Assembly (NCBI GenBank): GCA_965649825.1
Contig: OZ287697.1
Location: 372,001-436,000, forward strand
Length of the DNA: 64,000 nt
Direction of reading: 5' to 3'
Source: Penicillus capitatus
Taxonomy: Eukaryota > Plantae > Chlorophyta
Shown here: positions 11,244 to 24,206 of the stretch, one piece after another
Numbering within the stretch: the stretch's first letter is position 1
How the letters are laid out: every line of letters starts with the position of its first letter
The notes under the pieces: generated by a model
The model's input: only the letters and a program-made list of their open reading frames with translations
The model's database searches: none
What the model was told of the DNA's origin: nothing
Position numbers and translations under genes: made by a program

Positions 11244-12892
11244 TTAGCAGGTTCCGCCATCTTCGACACGTTTGCCACCTTTCTGTCCAATGACCTGCAG
11301 TGATAGAACAAAGCTCAGACGTGATGAGACTCAGTTGAGAGCGTACACTCTTGACAACGAAATCTTGTGCGACCTCGTAGGGGAGAGCCGTCCCGTTTGC
11401 CGTGGGACAGGGAGCGCAAATGTCTGCCCCGAATTCTACTAGATGATTGACGATGCCTCCGCAATGCATATTCGTGCTGTTGGACGATGCCACGACACAG
11501 AGAGGTGTTCTGTCGTCATCGTTGAGTTTCTCCATATCAGCGCCTCGAACCAAGTAGAGCTGGAGAGTGCCATTAGACTAAGGAGTTGATAGAAGGGAGA
11601 CTTACGTAGGCCGTCGGTGTGTTGCAAATTTGGGCAGCATCATGTAGTGGCGAATTCCCAACGGCATCTTCGACGTCCACGTCGCATTCAGGCGGTGTTT
11701 CCAGCATCACACTACCGAAGGCGATTGCCTCGTATGTCACAGCCTCGTGAAGAAGAGTGTTGCCAGTTGTTGTGTCGCAGACGCAGTTGCAAATTCCAGT
11801 AACATTGTTCTGGATGGCTTTTCTGATGAAGAATTCATCGCGGCGGGTAACAGCACTACACAACTCAGATGGACACAGCATTGCAGCTGATCTGCGAACT
11901 GTCGGAGAAGGAGAAGGAACGGTGACATTCGGAGCTGCCACCGGAGAAGGAACTGTGACATTCGGCGCTGGCATCGGAGAAGGAACTGTGACATTCGGCG
12001 CTGGCATCGGAGAAGTGGTCACGTTCAGGGAGATGGACGGTGAAGGAACTGTGACATTCGGCGCTGGCATCGGAGAAACGGTCACGTTCAGGGAGATGGA
12101 CGGTGAAGGAACTGTGACATTCGGCGCTGGCATCGGAGAAGGAACTGTGACATTCGGCGCTGGCATCGGAGAAGGAACTGTGACATTCGGCGCTGGCATC
12201 GGAGAAACGGTCACGTTCGGGGAGATGGACGGTGAAGGAACTGTGACATTCGGCGCTGGCATCGGAGAAGCGGTCACGTTCGGGGAGAGGGACGGAGAAG
12301 GAACTGTGACATTCGGCGCTGGCATCGGAGAAGTGGTCACGTTCGGGGAGAGGGACGGAGAAGGAACTGTGACATTCGGCGCTGGCATCGGAGAAGTGGT
12401 CACGTTCGGGGAGATGGACGGTGAAGGAACGGTGACATTCGGCGCTGGCATCGGAGAAGGAACTGTGACATTCGGCGCTGGCATCGGAGAAGGAACTGTG
12501 ACATTCGGCGCTGGCATCGGAGAAACGGTCACGTTCAGGGAGATGGACGGAGAAGGGACTGTGACATTCGGTGCTGCCACTGGAGAAGCGGTCACGTTCG
12601 GAAAAACGGAAGGAGGCGGAGTGCTGGTAATTGGTCCGACTGACGGCGAAGGTGTTTCTTCGACAACCGGAGGCATGGGCGAAGCTCTCGATTTCACGGA
12701 TGTCACTAGTGACCCCAAAAAGGACACAAACGAAGCAGGTTTATCATCATTTGTCTCATGTCTCAAATGACGCGCCGGTACACCTCGCACTAAAGAACAA
12801 AGAGTCTAACAAAGTGCACAGAACAGTGTTAGCTCACTTTCAACGGCAAAGATGAGCAAGAAAAGAACAGTAACGACTCCCGACGAAGACAT
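11244..12892 (-). CDS. Secreted Cys-rich ankyrin-like protein with mucin-like stalk, copy B (500 aa)
   Basis: Introns 12790-12837, 11560-11605, 11295-11346 (GT-AG, total in frame). Signal peptide MSSSGVVTVLFLLIFAVE; Pro/Ser/Thr repeats; then CPSELC..ICNCVCD, ankyrin-like NTLLHEAV / NSPLHDAA / RTPLCVVA, and C-terminus EDGGTC*. Confidence 0.8.
11905..12602 (-). repeat. Coding tandem repeat: interleaved ~30-33 nt units encoding PSPMPAPNVTV and PSPS(I/L)S(P/L)NVT(V/T/A)
   Basis: Repeated gaaggaactgtgacattcggcgctggcatcgga and gtcacgttc(a/g)gggagatggacgg units; 22 NVT tripeptides counted in the translation. Confidence 0.95.
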
Positions 12893-14626
12893 TGTTTTTT
12901 GAACACGGGTCACCGAAGGTCGAATCTTTATCAGGGACTCCCAAAACAGAAATACTCAGCTTTCTTTAATATTGCCAGAGACGGAAAACCTCAGCTTATA
13001 TAGTGCGCTTCCGCAGCACAGCAGAAGTCGCTTACGCTACCTGTGACTAGAGTCTCCGTTCTCCATACGTGGCAGCTGCGCGTCGATTTGACAAGACAGA
13101 TGACAGTGAACTCTATGGCTGTTTTCGAAGATCCAGACTCATGTCATCGCCTCCCATTTCTTAAACAACGCGGCATGATGCAGCACATTCTTGCGCCAGC
13201 GAAGACCAGGGTGTGGCAAAGTGACAGACACCTGTAAAGCTTCTCCTGATATGCAGCCAACACCAATGACTTCCTTTTTAGATGCTTCCTGGAATCGAGG
13301 GTCATTAATATTAGACGACACGTAGATACATCAGGTGAAAGCTCACGCGATGCTCGACGGTTCTTGGCGACGAAGCTGCTTGTTATGCTTCTGAGTATGA
13401 CAGTCAGTTTACCACAGGTCTGCCCGTGAACGTGTCAGATGATAGATATCGCGCCCACTGAACTTTCTTCTGTACGCATGCAGCTTTGCGGCTGTGTTTT
13501 AGCCGGAAGTGCAAACGGGAAGAGCGGAAAACGGACAGTGAAGGACAAAGAAGCTTGTCGCACGGGAGCGCCGCAATTGTTCGCTGAGAAGATAGGACAG
13601 AGGCCAAGCAGCCCCATAACCTCTGGAAGACCTGTCATGGCTTTTGGCAGCTGAACTTGACGGCGTGTGGGTAGAGGAATGCTCGAGAACGAATAGACCA
13701 AGCATCCGAAACCGCTTGGTGTTTTGTTGCTTGCAGTGGATTGGAAGCTGTCGGCCAGTCGAAGAGATCTCCTTTTCATTCTTCATCACAGTTCTCCGTT
13801 TTTTGACACATTGGATGGAGTCCAATACGCTTTTTCTACCCTTGTGTGGCTCGCCGTACTTTGACGTGACTGGAGCGTATCTTCGACATGTGGATGGCGT
13901 CCAGCTGAGAACTTAGTTTTTGAACGTAAAGGGACAGGAGGTCCGACCAGTCCACACTCTAACGTGTATTCCACTCAGTCTCACACTTTACCTTATAAGC
14001 TTGCGTTACAGAATTCGATGAAAGGAACGAAGCCGCAGCAGGGACATCTATGACGGATGAAAACTGTTTTGGTGATCGTTGTCTTCTGATGACCTGACAG
14101 TGTAACATGTAACAACAACACTGAGATCAGCGATTTCTGAGACTGCGCAACTCGCATTGAGATGTTTAGAATTTCGTATCATGCATCAACGGCACGGATA
14201 TCGAACATGGCCATATCGATGTGATGACTCAAGCTATGAATGGGACAGCCGATGCGACGTACGCTTACCTGTGTGTCATGCATCCTTTGTTACATGAGAC
14301 TGAATTCTTATGCCCGTGTCTGAATGACAGTGACATGTGTGTTGTACTTGTTAACCGAGTGTATTGGGCCGACAGCGACGAGCGAGAGCATATAGGTCAA
14401 ACATGCATTGTCGTTCGAGTTACATCATTTGACTCTCGGCAAATGATACTTGGCAACAAATATCCATCACAGCAAAGCAATCATCCAGAAGTTGTCCGCC
14501 ACAATCACATCTTGTGAGTGAGTGGATACAAACGACGATAGCTGATGGATAATCAACGCAAAAAATAACAACAAGAATTACGATCCTCCTTCATGCCCCA
14601 TGTTCATCTTCATTAGAGCGAAGCAT

Positions 14627-15413
14627 TTAGCAAATACCTCCGTCCTCTACCAAAGTACCGTTGTTCTGTTTGATGATCTGTAGACAGGAAGAGATGCTGA
14701 TGGCGCTGTAAGGGATATGGACCTTACGTCTTTGACAATCTTGTTGACTGCCATATCGTATGGCAATGTTCCGTTGCACTTCTTGCAGATGTCCGCCCCG
14801 TTCTCGACCAAATGAATGACAACGCCAGCGCAGTTTGGATCGTCTGTGGATGCGGCCACACACATTGAAGTGTACCCATCATCGTTCTCGAGCTCGACTT
14901 CGGCATCGGCTTCCAAAAAGACCTAAGCAAGACAGTCGGTATTGCATAAGGAATCGAGGCAGTCGGAGGTCGCACGTGTGCCATGGGCGGATTGCACGAT
15001 GCGGCGGCGTCATGCAGCGGTGTGCTTTTCTTCGCGTCCTGTACATCGACCGAACAGTTCGGCGGGGTGTCGAGCATCAAATTGGCGTAGGCCACGGATT
15101 CGTATATGGCGGTCACATGGAGTAGCGTTTTGTTTGTGACCGGCACGGGGTCAGGGTCACACGTGCAGTTGCAGATGTTACGTGTCCCTCTTTTAATGGC
15201 GCGCCTAATCTTTCCTTCGTCCCGTTTGGCAGCAGCTCTGCAGAGATTTGCCGGGCAGGAATCGGGATTGTCTGGGTCGGGCGTATGCCTAGGACCAGCC
15301 GTGACTATACAGTGCAGAAGATAGCGGTGAATGCGCTCGAAGTAGGGTAACTTACCAAAGCTCGCTCCGACGACGAAGAGAATTACCAAAGCGAAGATGC
15401 GCACAGTATACAT
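14627..15413 (-). CDS. Secreted Cys-rich ankyrin-like protein, copy C (210 aa)
   Basis: Introns 15305-15355, 14923-14975, 14678-14727 give 633 nt. Signal peptide MYTVRIFALVILFVVGASF; KTLLHVTA, STPLHDAA, YTSMCVAA and TLPYDMA repeats; 12 Cys; ends EDGGIC*. Confidence 0.85.
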
Positions 15414-16104
15414 CCGACTTGTTGCCTGTGAAATGGCACGTCAGCTGGTATGGAAACCTCGATAATACTAGAACACCAATACGAGGACTCTGTTACAGGG
15501 TGGTCTTTTGTACGTCAAGATAGACCGTCGCCACCTGACGTCACGGAAACGATTGGCTCAGGCGTGAATGCTGTGCCTTCGTCAGGAAATCTTCATTGCG
15601 AACTTCGTATCGACGCATCTGTTTACTTATGTTCTTAACGTCAAATCGTATCTCAAGTTCACGACGCAAGTAGATCAAGTCTTTTCCATTCGTCTCATTC
15701 AGATAAGCTGCTTTATTCAAAGAGAATGCCGGTGGATGTCCACCCTCCATCTTACGACTCGCAAGAGTCAGCATCGGTATTCTGGAATGACGACGATTCG
15801 TAGAGGTCGATGCCGCAAATGACGTCTGAATCAACAGAACAGCGAAGCAATGGAACATCGCGATGTGACGTTCACCTCTGATTGAACAATCCGTTAAACC
15901 ACTATCGTTGTTTTAAACAATACCCAGTTCATGTCTTAACACATCTTCTGCAACATTCTTCGCATCCGTCTACCACGATTCATGCAAACATGTGAAAAAA
16001 GAACTTCTGAATGCAACGGAAGGGACCATGATCAACAAACGGTTCAGCCAACAACAAAAGATAGGAATCTAGTCGTGGCAGAGAGCGTCACAAAACTTCG
16101 CAGT

Positions 16105-16909
16105 TCAACAGTCCAGGAATTCCTCGACAACCTGTTGCATGGCAAAGAATGAAGGAAAACGCGAATGATGAAGAAATGCTCACCGCCTTGATAGTGGGAT
16201 CGCTTGCCGTCTCAGCGGCAGTTTTGCCGCCTTTGCAGATAGGACATATTTTCCTGGTGCCTCCTTCGGTAATTCTTTCAAGCATACTCCGAAGGAGAGC
16301 ACTGCCCACGGCTGGGCAATTCAGAGTACAGAGACAAAAAGCAGAGTTTCCGTCGCTGTCCACCTTCATGAGATCCTCGACGGAGTAATCGCCGGAGCCC
16401 AAGAGGTACTACAACATCGCGAAATAAGAGAGAATGAACAGAAAGGGAAAACTTCCTACTGCGGCCTTAAAGACATAGCAGGGGTTTTTTGCGCAAGCAA
16501 GGTGAAGGGGCGTTTGCTTTTTCACATTCAGGAGGTCAAGGTCACATCCCTCGTTCCGCAAACGCTCCAGGCCGACATTACCGTGCGGGTTGCCAGTGTC
16601 TGCTGCTTCGTGGGAAAGTGTATCGCCATTGGGAGGGCATGTGCACGTGCAGAGATCGGGTATGTCCGACAACTTCTCGGTGAATTTTACGCTGTCTTCT
16701 TGCACCCATGTACAAGCTTCATCTGGCACGCAGTCTGCTTTCAACGTACGCGTCGGTTTCATATTTGTCGCGGCGAAACTTTCCCGCGGCGTCGCGTGTC
16801 CTGTTCACAGCGTAGCTCACGTAAGCAGACGGGACGGGAATGACAGTTTACCCATCTCCGCAACGGAGACGACGCAGAGGAGAATCATCCAAACCGTGTA
16901 TGTCGACAT
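16105..16909 (-). CDS. Secreted Cys-rich ankyrin-like protein, copy E (divergent, 216 aa)
   Basis: Introns 16801-16851, 16409-16459, 16132-16183 give 651 nt. Signal peptide MSTYTVWMILLCVVSVAEMG; CVPDEAC, LCTCTCP, DTLSHEAA, QTPLHLAC, ICPIC; ends EFLDC*. Confidence 0.7.
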
Positions 16910-19880
16910 TGTCAGAGATTGCGGTTTCTGAATTCGATGCTTCGAGGAGAGGGAGGTCGGAAAGGAACTTGTGGTTCGGCAAAGCGCGTCTCCCTTTTAT
17001 ACCCCCGAAGCGAGGCGCTGCCGCGCAGCCTCGCGGAATATCCGTTTGCCATCCAGCGGATTGTCAACTGCTTCTTCTTTGCAGAGTTCACTGGAAGCGT
17101 GAAGGTCCTTAGCATTCGTTTTCTCTTTCGCCGCAGACGATTGGCTCGATGCGACTCCTCCTCTGGAGGTTAGACGAAGCGGCAGAGAAACGCGCTTCGC
17201 TAAGAAGCTTTGCGACGAAATGACTGTACCGCTGCCTCTGTCTACGGACTTCGAGGGAAGCCACGCATCGCCGCCAAACGTGGAGTCCTCCGCGGCGGAG
17301 AGGCCGCGTTCGCGCTTGTTTTGGCCGCAGAACGCTGCTTTCAGGAACGATATCGTATGCTGTCGCGACTTCCTGCCGACACGGTATCTCTCTGTCGACA
17401 CCGTGGCGAACTGCACACCACGCGACGGCGAAGAGACCGTCCGTCTGCTTCGTTCAGTAAAGACGGCAGCGTTCGTCGTTTTGTTGTTCTCAGTGTTGTT
17501 GCAAACGACGGATAACGGCGTCTCCGACACGGAGCTTCACACGATGGATATCTAATTTCCTTCGGAACAGTTGTGTTATGGCGGCTGTTGAGAGAGAACG
17601 GTCGATTTTAACATTCCGCGCCGTAGGCGACTTTACAAAAGCATACGCAGTTTTCGTTGCGCGCATTTTACCAACGTATTCTTCAAAGTCTCGGCATTGC
17701 GCCCAGATAGGTAAAAACTCGTCACTGTGAACAGTATTGTGTATACTTCTTGTAGGCCGAGCGAAGATTCGAAAAAACTTAGTTTTTGCGAACTGCGCAG
17801 AATAAAAAGCGAGTGTCCGTTCATGGAGGTAAGTGTGACGGCGCAATTTCTAGCAGCACTCGAGGGCGATTCGACTTGACGTGGTGCCCCATCATTTTTC
17901 GCATTGCGCGACAGTCGGAACTGTCTTAGCACAAGCAAGCACATCTAAATGTCAGCCGCACTGAAATCCTTTGCTTCACAGGTGTTCCGAACGCTGCCTG
18001 ACGAAGCAGCCTAGATATCAAGCAAAATCTTCCTAAACAGGTTTTCATTGCCTGCAATTCACGCGATTCTATCAAGTGAGACATCGATGTGTTTTCGAAT
18101 TCTGCACACGAAAAGGAACAGCTATGCCATACGAAATAGATGATCATGAGAGATCAGAGCAAAGGTCGAATCTCTGTGTGTCTGACAAGAAGAGACGAGA
18201 ACTTTTTAAGATCTGTTTCAGGAGCAGATGAACGAAGCACCTTGGCGAATATCGAACGATTCATGACAGATGCCACAGACATTGACAGATCAGTGGCAGA
18301 CTCGTGTGTTCTCTAGAAATGTGGAGAATCTAATGAAGAGGTTTGCGATGTCAGAACAATGTTGTCGTACCTTCTCATGCGCTGATTTGCTTCAGTCTGT
18401 AACGCACTTGCGTTCTGATCCATGAATGTCGATGAAGTGGTGGACAACATCATTTGGTTCTGTGTTGTGAACAAAACCCCTGACGAAAGGTTCATTGAAC
18501 TCCCTTTAGGTATGTCGCTAATTTAGAAACAATGGCCTCGCTTAATACGTGTGCGTCTTTACATCCATTCTTAAAACACTCCGTATCATCGTCCGCTTTC
18601 ATGGTATACGATCTCATTGTCGATTCTATGGAAACAACCAACACCATCCTTCCGAACAACTGCCTTCTATCAAATGTTATGGTGACGTCTTTCCTCTTTA
18701 TACCGTATAGGACTGCTGACGTCTTCGTCGTGAAGAGTAGAGATAAAGTGCAGAGCTTCAGGTAAACGTATCTCGCTGATCAGAGCTCCCGTGTGGTACG
18801 CACTCTTTGTACACTCTAATAAACAAGCTTATGATGACCGAAAAACAGAGTAACAGGTAGAATACACATAGTAGGTAAACAATCAACAAAGTCTTCACGA
18901 TAGCCCTTGAAGATCTCAGAATTACCTGCCTCAGGTATTAATAGACTTAATTGAAGAAACAGTGGCGTTGGCAGTCCACTGCAAAAACGATAGCTTCTAA
19001 CAACAATCGAAAGAAGAATGTCCACTCTCTTTGTTTCTTGGATATTGTGACTTACTTCTCAAACAACTTTCACCTCATTCAGTGCATGCGCCCCTACAGC
19101 GCGAATCGAAACTGAAACACTGCCCGCAGCATTACCGGACGCTAAAGGCTACGCCATAAACCTTACACCATCGAGCAACGCGTGAGCAACTGGCGACGGG
19201 TAGACCCTGGAGGACACGCCAATCTCCAAACAGCCGATCCCCCCATTGCCGAGACAACGGTGATTGCGTTGAACTAGCCTCGACCGTCGGACATGCTCAT
19301 GCCAACAACACTCTGTTTGCAGAGGTAGACGCCCTATCTGCGACTCGGTCCATCGCACAGCGCGTTCGACCTTGGCAGCGCGTGATGTGACGTTTGCGAA
19401 GCTGAAGGAAGACAGCAGACGTCACATGTCTGCTCTTCGACAACGAACACGATCTTCTGTCTCCGAGACGAAGTCCCATAGATCTCTGCGATAGAATAAA
19501 CAATGACTGCCGATGTGGTGATTGAGTAGGTGAGTATCCTTGTTTTTCGAGACCCCTTACCTGCACAGTCGTCACAGATGATTCGCATTCATGCGTCGAT
19601 CGCGAAATTGAATCGATAGAGTGAGAACGGCGTGTGGCACATCGAAACCAAGAGCCTCATCGTTGTGAATTACACCATTTGAATTTGGTCAATTGATACG
19701 TGGCACGGTAGATTTGTACCCGAAGAATCCTTCACTTTGGGACTCATACTAATGTCGAACAATGAGTAGCTCGTGATAACACGCGACGATTGACGATGTG
19801 TTTGTAACGAACGCAAAATGTCAAAAAACGTGGCACTGTCTTAGCGACAGTCGAGCGATACTGTGCAGAAAACGCTGCGT

Positions 19881-20669
19881 TTAGCACATACCCCCATCCT
19901 CCTTCTTCGTACCGTTGTTCATTTCAATAATCTGCACAATGAATGCAATGTTTAACTCCCGAGGCACGACTAGCAGCAACTTACGTCTTTGACAATCTTG
20001 TTGGCTGCCATATCGTATGGCAATGTTCCATTACACTTCTTACAGATGTCCGCCCCGTTCTCGACCAAATGAATGACAATGCCGGCGCAGTTGGGATCAT
20101 CTGTGGATGCGGCCATACACATTGGAGTGTATCCGTCATCGTTCTCGAGCTCAACTTCGGCATCGGCTTCCAAAAAGACCTAAGCAGGACAGTCCTCACA
20201 CTAAAAACTGAAAAAGCTAGATGAGGGACGTACGTATGCCATAGGCGTGTTGCACGCTGCCGCGGCGTCGTGCAAAGGCGTGAAGTTCTTAGCGTCCAGC
20301 ACATTGACCGAACAGTTCGGCGGTATGTCGAACATCAAGTTGGCGTAGGCTACGGATTCGTAGATGCCGGCCACATGGAGGAGCGTCTTGTTCGTGACCG
20401 GTTCGGGGTCAGCGTCGCACGTGCAGTTGCAAATATTGGGCATCCCTCTCTTGATGGCGCGTCGGATCTTTCCTTCGTCACGCTTAATAGCAGCTCTGCA
20501 GAGATTTGCCGGGCAGGAATCGGGATTGTCTGGGTTGGGAATGAACGCCGGGTTCGCCGTAACTGCAGTGCAGAAGATAGCGGTCGATACCCTCGGTTTA
20601 GGGTAACTTACCGAAGCTCGCTCCGACGACGAGGAGAATTACCAAAGTGAAGATGCGCACAGAAGACAT
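19881..20669 (-). CDS. Secreted Cys-rich ankyrin-like protein, copy D (210 aa)
   Basis: Introns of 49, 54 and 53 nt give 633 nt. Intron 1 contains an in-frame TAA, which supports splicing of this intron in the family. Same 12 Cys as copy C; ends EDGGMC*. Confidence 0.85.
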
Positions 20670-20864
20670 CCTTGAATCGTTCTAGTCAAAGAGAACGTCG
20701 TCCGGTTCGTAGGGTCTAAGCAACGTGCGTTGGCGGAGGAATGGATCGCTGGGAAGCGAGCGGTCTTTATGCGCCTGGGCGAACCGTAGAGAGCTGACGT
20801 CACAACAGCGAATGGCTTAGAGATGAACTTCGCATCTTTCAGTGCGAACTTGATACATTTGAGA

Positions 20865-22410
20865 ACGAATTTCGCAGCGGCTTTGCGGAATATCTGTAGC
20901 ACCTATTCTTACAGGTTGTGATGAACAAAACGTCGTGGCCACTGCATCGAAAACGATACGGATGTCTTGTCGTTTCGGCGAGGTCTGCCATTCAGGGATG
21001 TGTGTTAGACCCTAATCGCATACGGCTGTCCGACCCCTTTGGTGAATGAAGCCGCTATCTCTCACCTTTTTCGCGGCAGCGTCGTACTAGTGGACTCTCT
21101 GTCGGTTTTGGGACCTAGACCCCAATCATATGACGAGCTTCATTGGGTAATGCTGTACCATACTGACTGAATGACCGTCAAGAAATGAAGCTACGAAGGA
21201 CGGATCGACATAGCAACCTCGACGGCGTTGTTGTTCTGACGTTGTTTAGGGAATGGATATCATGGAAGTGCCGAATTAGAGCAGTGGCGTTGTGCATGCT
21301 AACTTACCTGGCTGGACAGCATGACTGATCTCCATAACGACGAGTTGCAGGAAACTCGTTTTGCAGCATCTAGTTCTGATAATACAGACGATTCTGCTTC
21401 TGTTGATGACACTAGACGAGCAACAGTCTTGTATCAAGGTCCATGTCAAAGCCGTCAGAGTTTTCTCAGTCGTCGAGTTCTATCTGCATGGCTGTTGTAC
21501 CTGAGTCTTGAGAACATTAGCGGGAGGATGACATTTCTTTCAATGGATGCGCTTGCTTCAAACTGTAAATAATATTCATCATATATACGCCGCTGCAGTC
21601 ACTTACTCTAGCGCCGAGTCTGGGAACACATAACTGCATCTCGGATGCAGTGTGCTTATTACACTCCTCGCACAATACCATTGTTGAAGGTTCGGGCTTT
21701 CGGCAAGTTCAAGACACACATCTCCTTTAGACCCAAGCTGATTACGGGGACTGGGCGGCTCTTTGGCAGACAGCGACAAGGCGAGGGGAGGGAAGGTATT
21801 TTGGATGCTAGCCAGTATGGATCTCAGCTTTGTCATAGCGACATGCGTTCGGCTTTCGTTACTCCTAGGGCCCTTTTCTCGACATTGCCCGCTGTCGATC
21901 AACAAGCACTTGGCATCGCGTCGTCATTTTGGACTTAGGACGGAACTGATCGTTGCGTTCCTTTATGCGTTAACAGATGTTGCAGTCCAATGCTCTTGTC
22001 GCTTTTATCGTCTCCGCCCATTCGATGAGCTCCATTCAGGCGTGTTAGATTATCCTCACCAGAGAATGATGCAGAGCAGGTGGCGAATTGAGACATGCCG
22101 TTTTAAGAAAGTCGTGAATAGTATTTTCTTGGATGCTCTATTCAGCCGGTCTTGAACAAAGCAATCAGCTTGTTCTTCAATGGCACAAAAAAGTTCTCGT
22201 ACGGAATGCATTACACAAAAAGGTAGCTGCTACAGTGATTGTCTAGAAGGAGAATACCTTTGCCAGTATCCAATCACATAGCTACTGCAAAACATCTCAC
22301 TACGGATAAGAATCCTTTGTACACCCACCAGACAACAAAAACAAAAAAAAAGAGTGGACATCGTGCTGTGCGTGACAGACCAATTCAGACTGTCATCGTT
22401 ATTCCCCTGC
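20865..22410 (+). repeat. Second copy of the CYP1-upstream block, with ~650 bp extra sequence (~21595-22250)
   Basis: Collinear with 275-1200; not followed by a P450 here. Confidence 0.8.
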
Positions 22411-22457
22411 TTCCTGATGACCACTCATCCACCACCGCCATAACCGGCATAAGCGCT

Positions 22458-23218
22458 CTAAGAACTGCAGCGGCCATGCCAGCCACCGTATTCTCTCTGA
22501 AGAAGGATCTGGTAGGCAGACATTGTATTCGAGGCATGCACTTGCCAAAGAGAGAAATGCACGCACGTTTTTGACGTTTTCGTCTCCAGACTGATCCGCC
22601 AGTTCTCTGGGCAGAAGATCGTTGCATCGATCGCAGATGTCGACGCCGCCAATATCAATGTACTGATTAATAAGGCCTCCACAGTCGGGATCGTCTATCA
22701 CAGCCGCACAGCACAGGGGCGTCAAACCATCGTTGTTTTCAATCGTCGTATCGGCGCCAAGATTCAGAAGAAGCTGCAAAACAGCACCACACGGCAGTCG
22801 GTAGAACTGGATGCAGTGAATAGACGTACGGCGTTCATGGGCGATTGGCAGAAGCGGCTTGTCGTATGCAAAGGCGTGTCGCCCCTGTCGTCTGTAACTT
22901 GCATGTCGCATTGAAAACGCTCGGCCTTGATGAGCTGTCTGGCAAAAGTGACGGCTTCGAACTGAGCTGCCAAGTGAAGCAGCGTCGTACCCATGTCGTC
23001 GCAGACGCACGTACAAACACTCGACCCATCTTCAATCGCCTCGAGCACGGACGCATCCCGGCGCTTAACTTTTTCACAGATTACAGATGGGCATTCGCCC
23101 GCCATTCCTACAGAGGTATACAGATCCTCTCCGCGGTTTCTTCCACGACGGGACACGCACCGGTGCTGAACGCGGCACAGAGACAGGAAACGACGAAGAA
23201 CAGGTGAAGTGACGACAT
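22458..23218 (-). CDS. Secreted Cys-rich ankyrin-like protein, copy F (197 aa)
   Basis: Introns 23108-23160, 22774-22829, 22509-22566 give 594 nt. Signal peptide MSSLHLFFVVSCLCAAFSTG; ECPSVIC, VCTCVCD, TTLLHLAA, DTPLHTTS, LTPLCCAA, ICDRC; ends HGRCSS*. Confidence 0.8.
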
Positions 23219-24206
23219 TTCGAAAAATCTTCGACTAAAGGATGATGGTCGAGAGCGCTGCACCACACAAGAAAGACAATGGCTGCAGAGTGGCCCTGGG
23301 GTTTATTTACTCGTTCGGCACGCGGACCGAACGCACCAACACAAAAAATACAACTGCCCGGGCGAATCTCGTGCTATTCTGGAAGACGTCTTCGTATCTT
23401 CGATGCGGTTTTGCTGGATCGCGTTTTATGAATGACGTCAACGATATCAATGGAGTCAAAGATTGACGGTTATCGACATCTGCACTCTGAAGTTCAGAAT
23501 GCCTGTCCCATCACGAGGTACTCCTTTAGCTTGCCCGCGTCGACCATCTGCGACCACTGGCTTGCGATATCAGATACACGAGGTGACGTACGCGGGAGAC
23601 ATCTGCTCTCTGCTCGCCAGACGTTTCTTCCACAACACAGCCAAATCTCCACTAGTCTCTATGAGAGAAAATTTGACTGTGTACATAAGGACGGCGGCGA
23701 CGTCCTGAGCTCTTTGTCGAAGAGGGCTTCTCGGGTCGAAGTGCCTCCTTGACTGGCGTGAAGTGAAAAACCGACGAGACCTATAGCCCCCCTCACCATA
23801 GACCTTTAAGACACGACCACTCTTTTAGGAACTGCGGCGCCGTCGCTCACCGCCATCCACTCAAACACAAAGCTTCGTTTATGCCAAAGAACACTAGGCT
23901 TGCAGACGAGCTGTCTAGTGAAAACAGAGTGCGTGTAGCTGCAGGGTAATTGCAGGAGAGCAGCATAACGCAAGGCAATCTCGGTACAATCTCGCGGAGA
24001 AGTCCGCTGGCGCTTTTATACGCATCGCGCTGCGGCGTAACGCGTTCGCGTTATCGATACAGCCGAAGAACTCATTCCTACAGGCCCCTGTTCTTCACAG
24101 ATCATCAATTGATAAACGCAACAATGATATCCCATCTGTGCTCAGGTTTATACCCTTGATCACAACACGACCAGTCCAAATACGAAAAGACATGCATCGT
24201 CAGATC

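Noticed and set aside
11905-12602. CRISPR-like array of ~33-nt repeats
   Set aside because: Units abut with no unique spacers, keep a reading frame inside a spliced eukaryotic gene, and there are no cas genes.
11757-12770. 337-aa plus-strand ORF (GEGTVTFGAGI repeats)
   Set aside because: Antisense shadow of the ANK-B Pro/Ser/Thr repeat; it stays open because the repeat unit lacks stops.
16950-19600. Possible gene or tyrosine-recombinase remnant (..AYAFVKSP..SLSTAAITQLFRRKL.. at 17490-17846)
   Set aside because: The catalytic R..HxxR..Y set is not found. The splice-like signals at 17711-17755 and 17829 are on the opposite strand, and no coherent model emerged.
21595-22250. Transposon inserted in the duplicated block
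   Set aside because: It is extra sequence relative to 275-1200, but I found no terminal inverted repeats, TSD or transposase-like ORF. It may instead be a deletion in the other copy.
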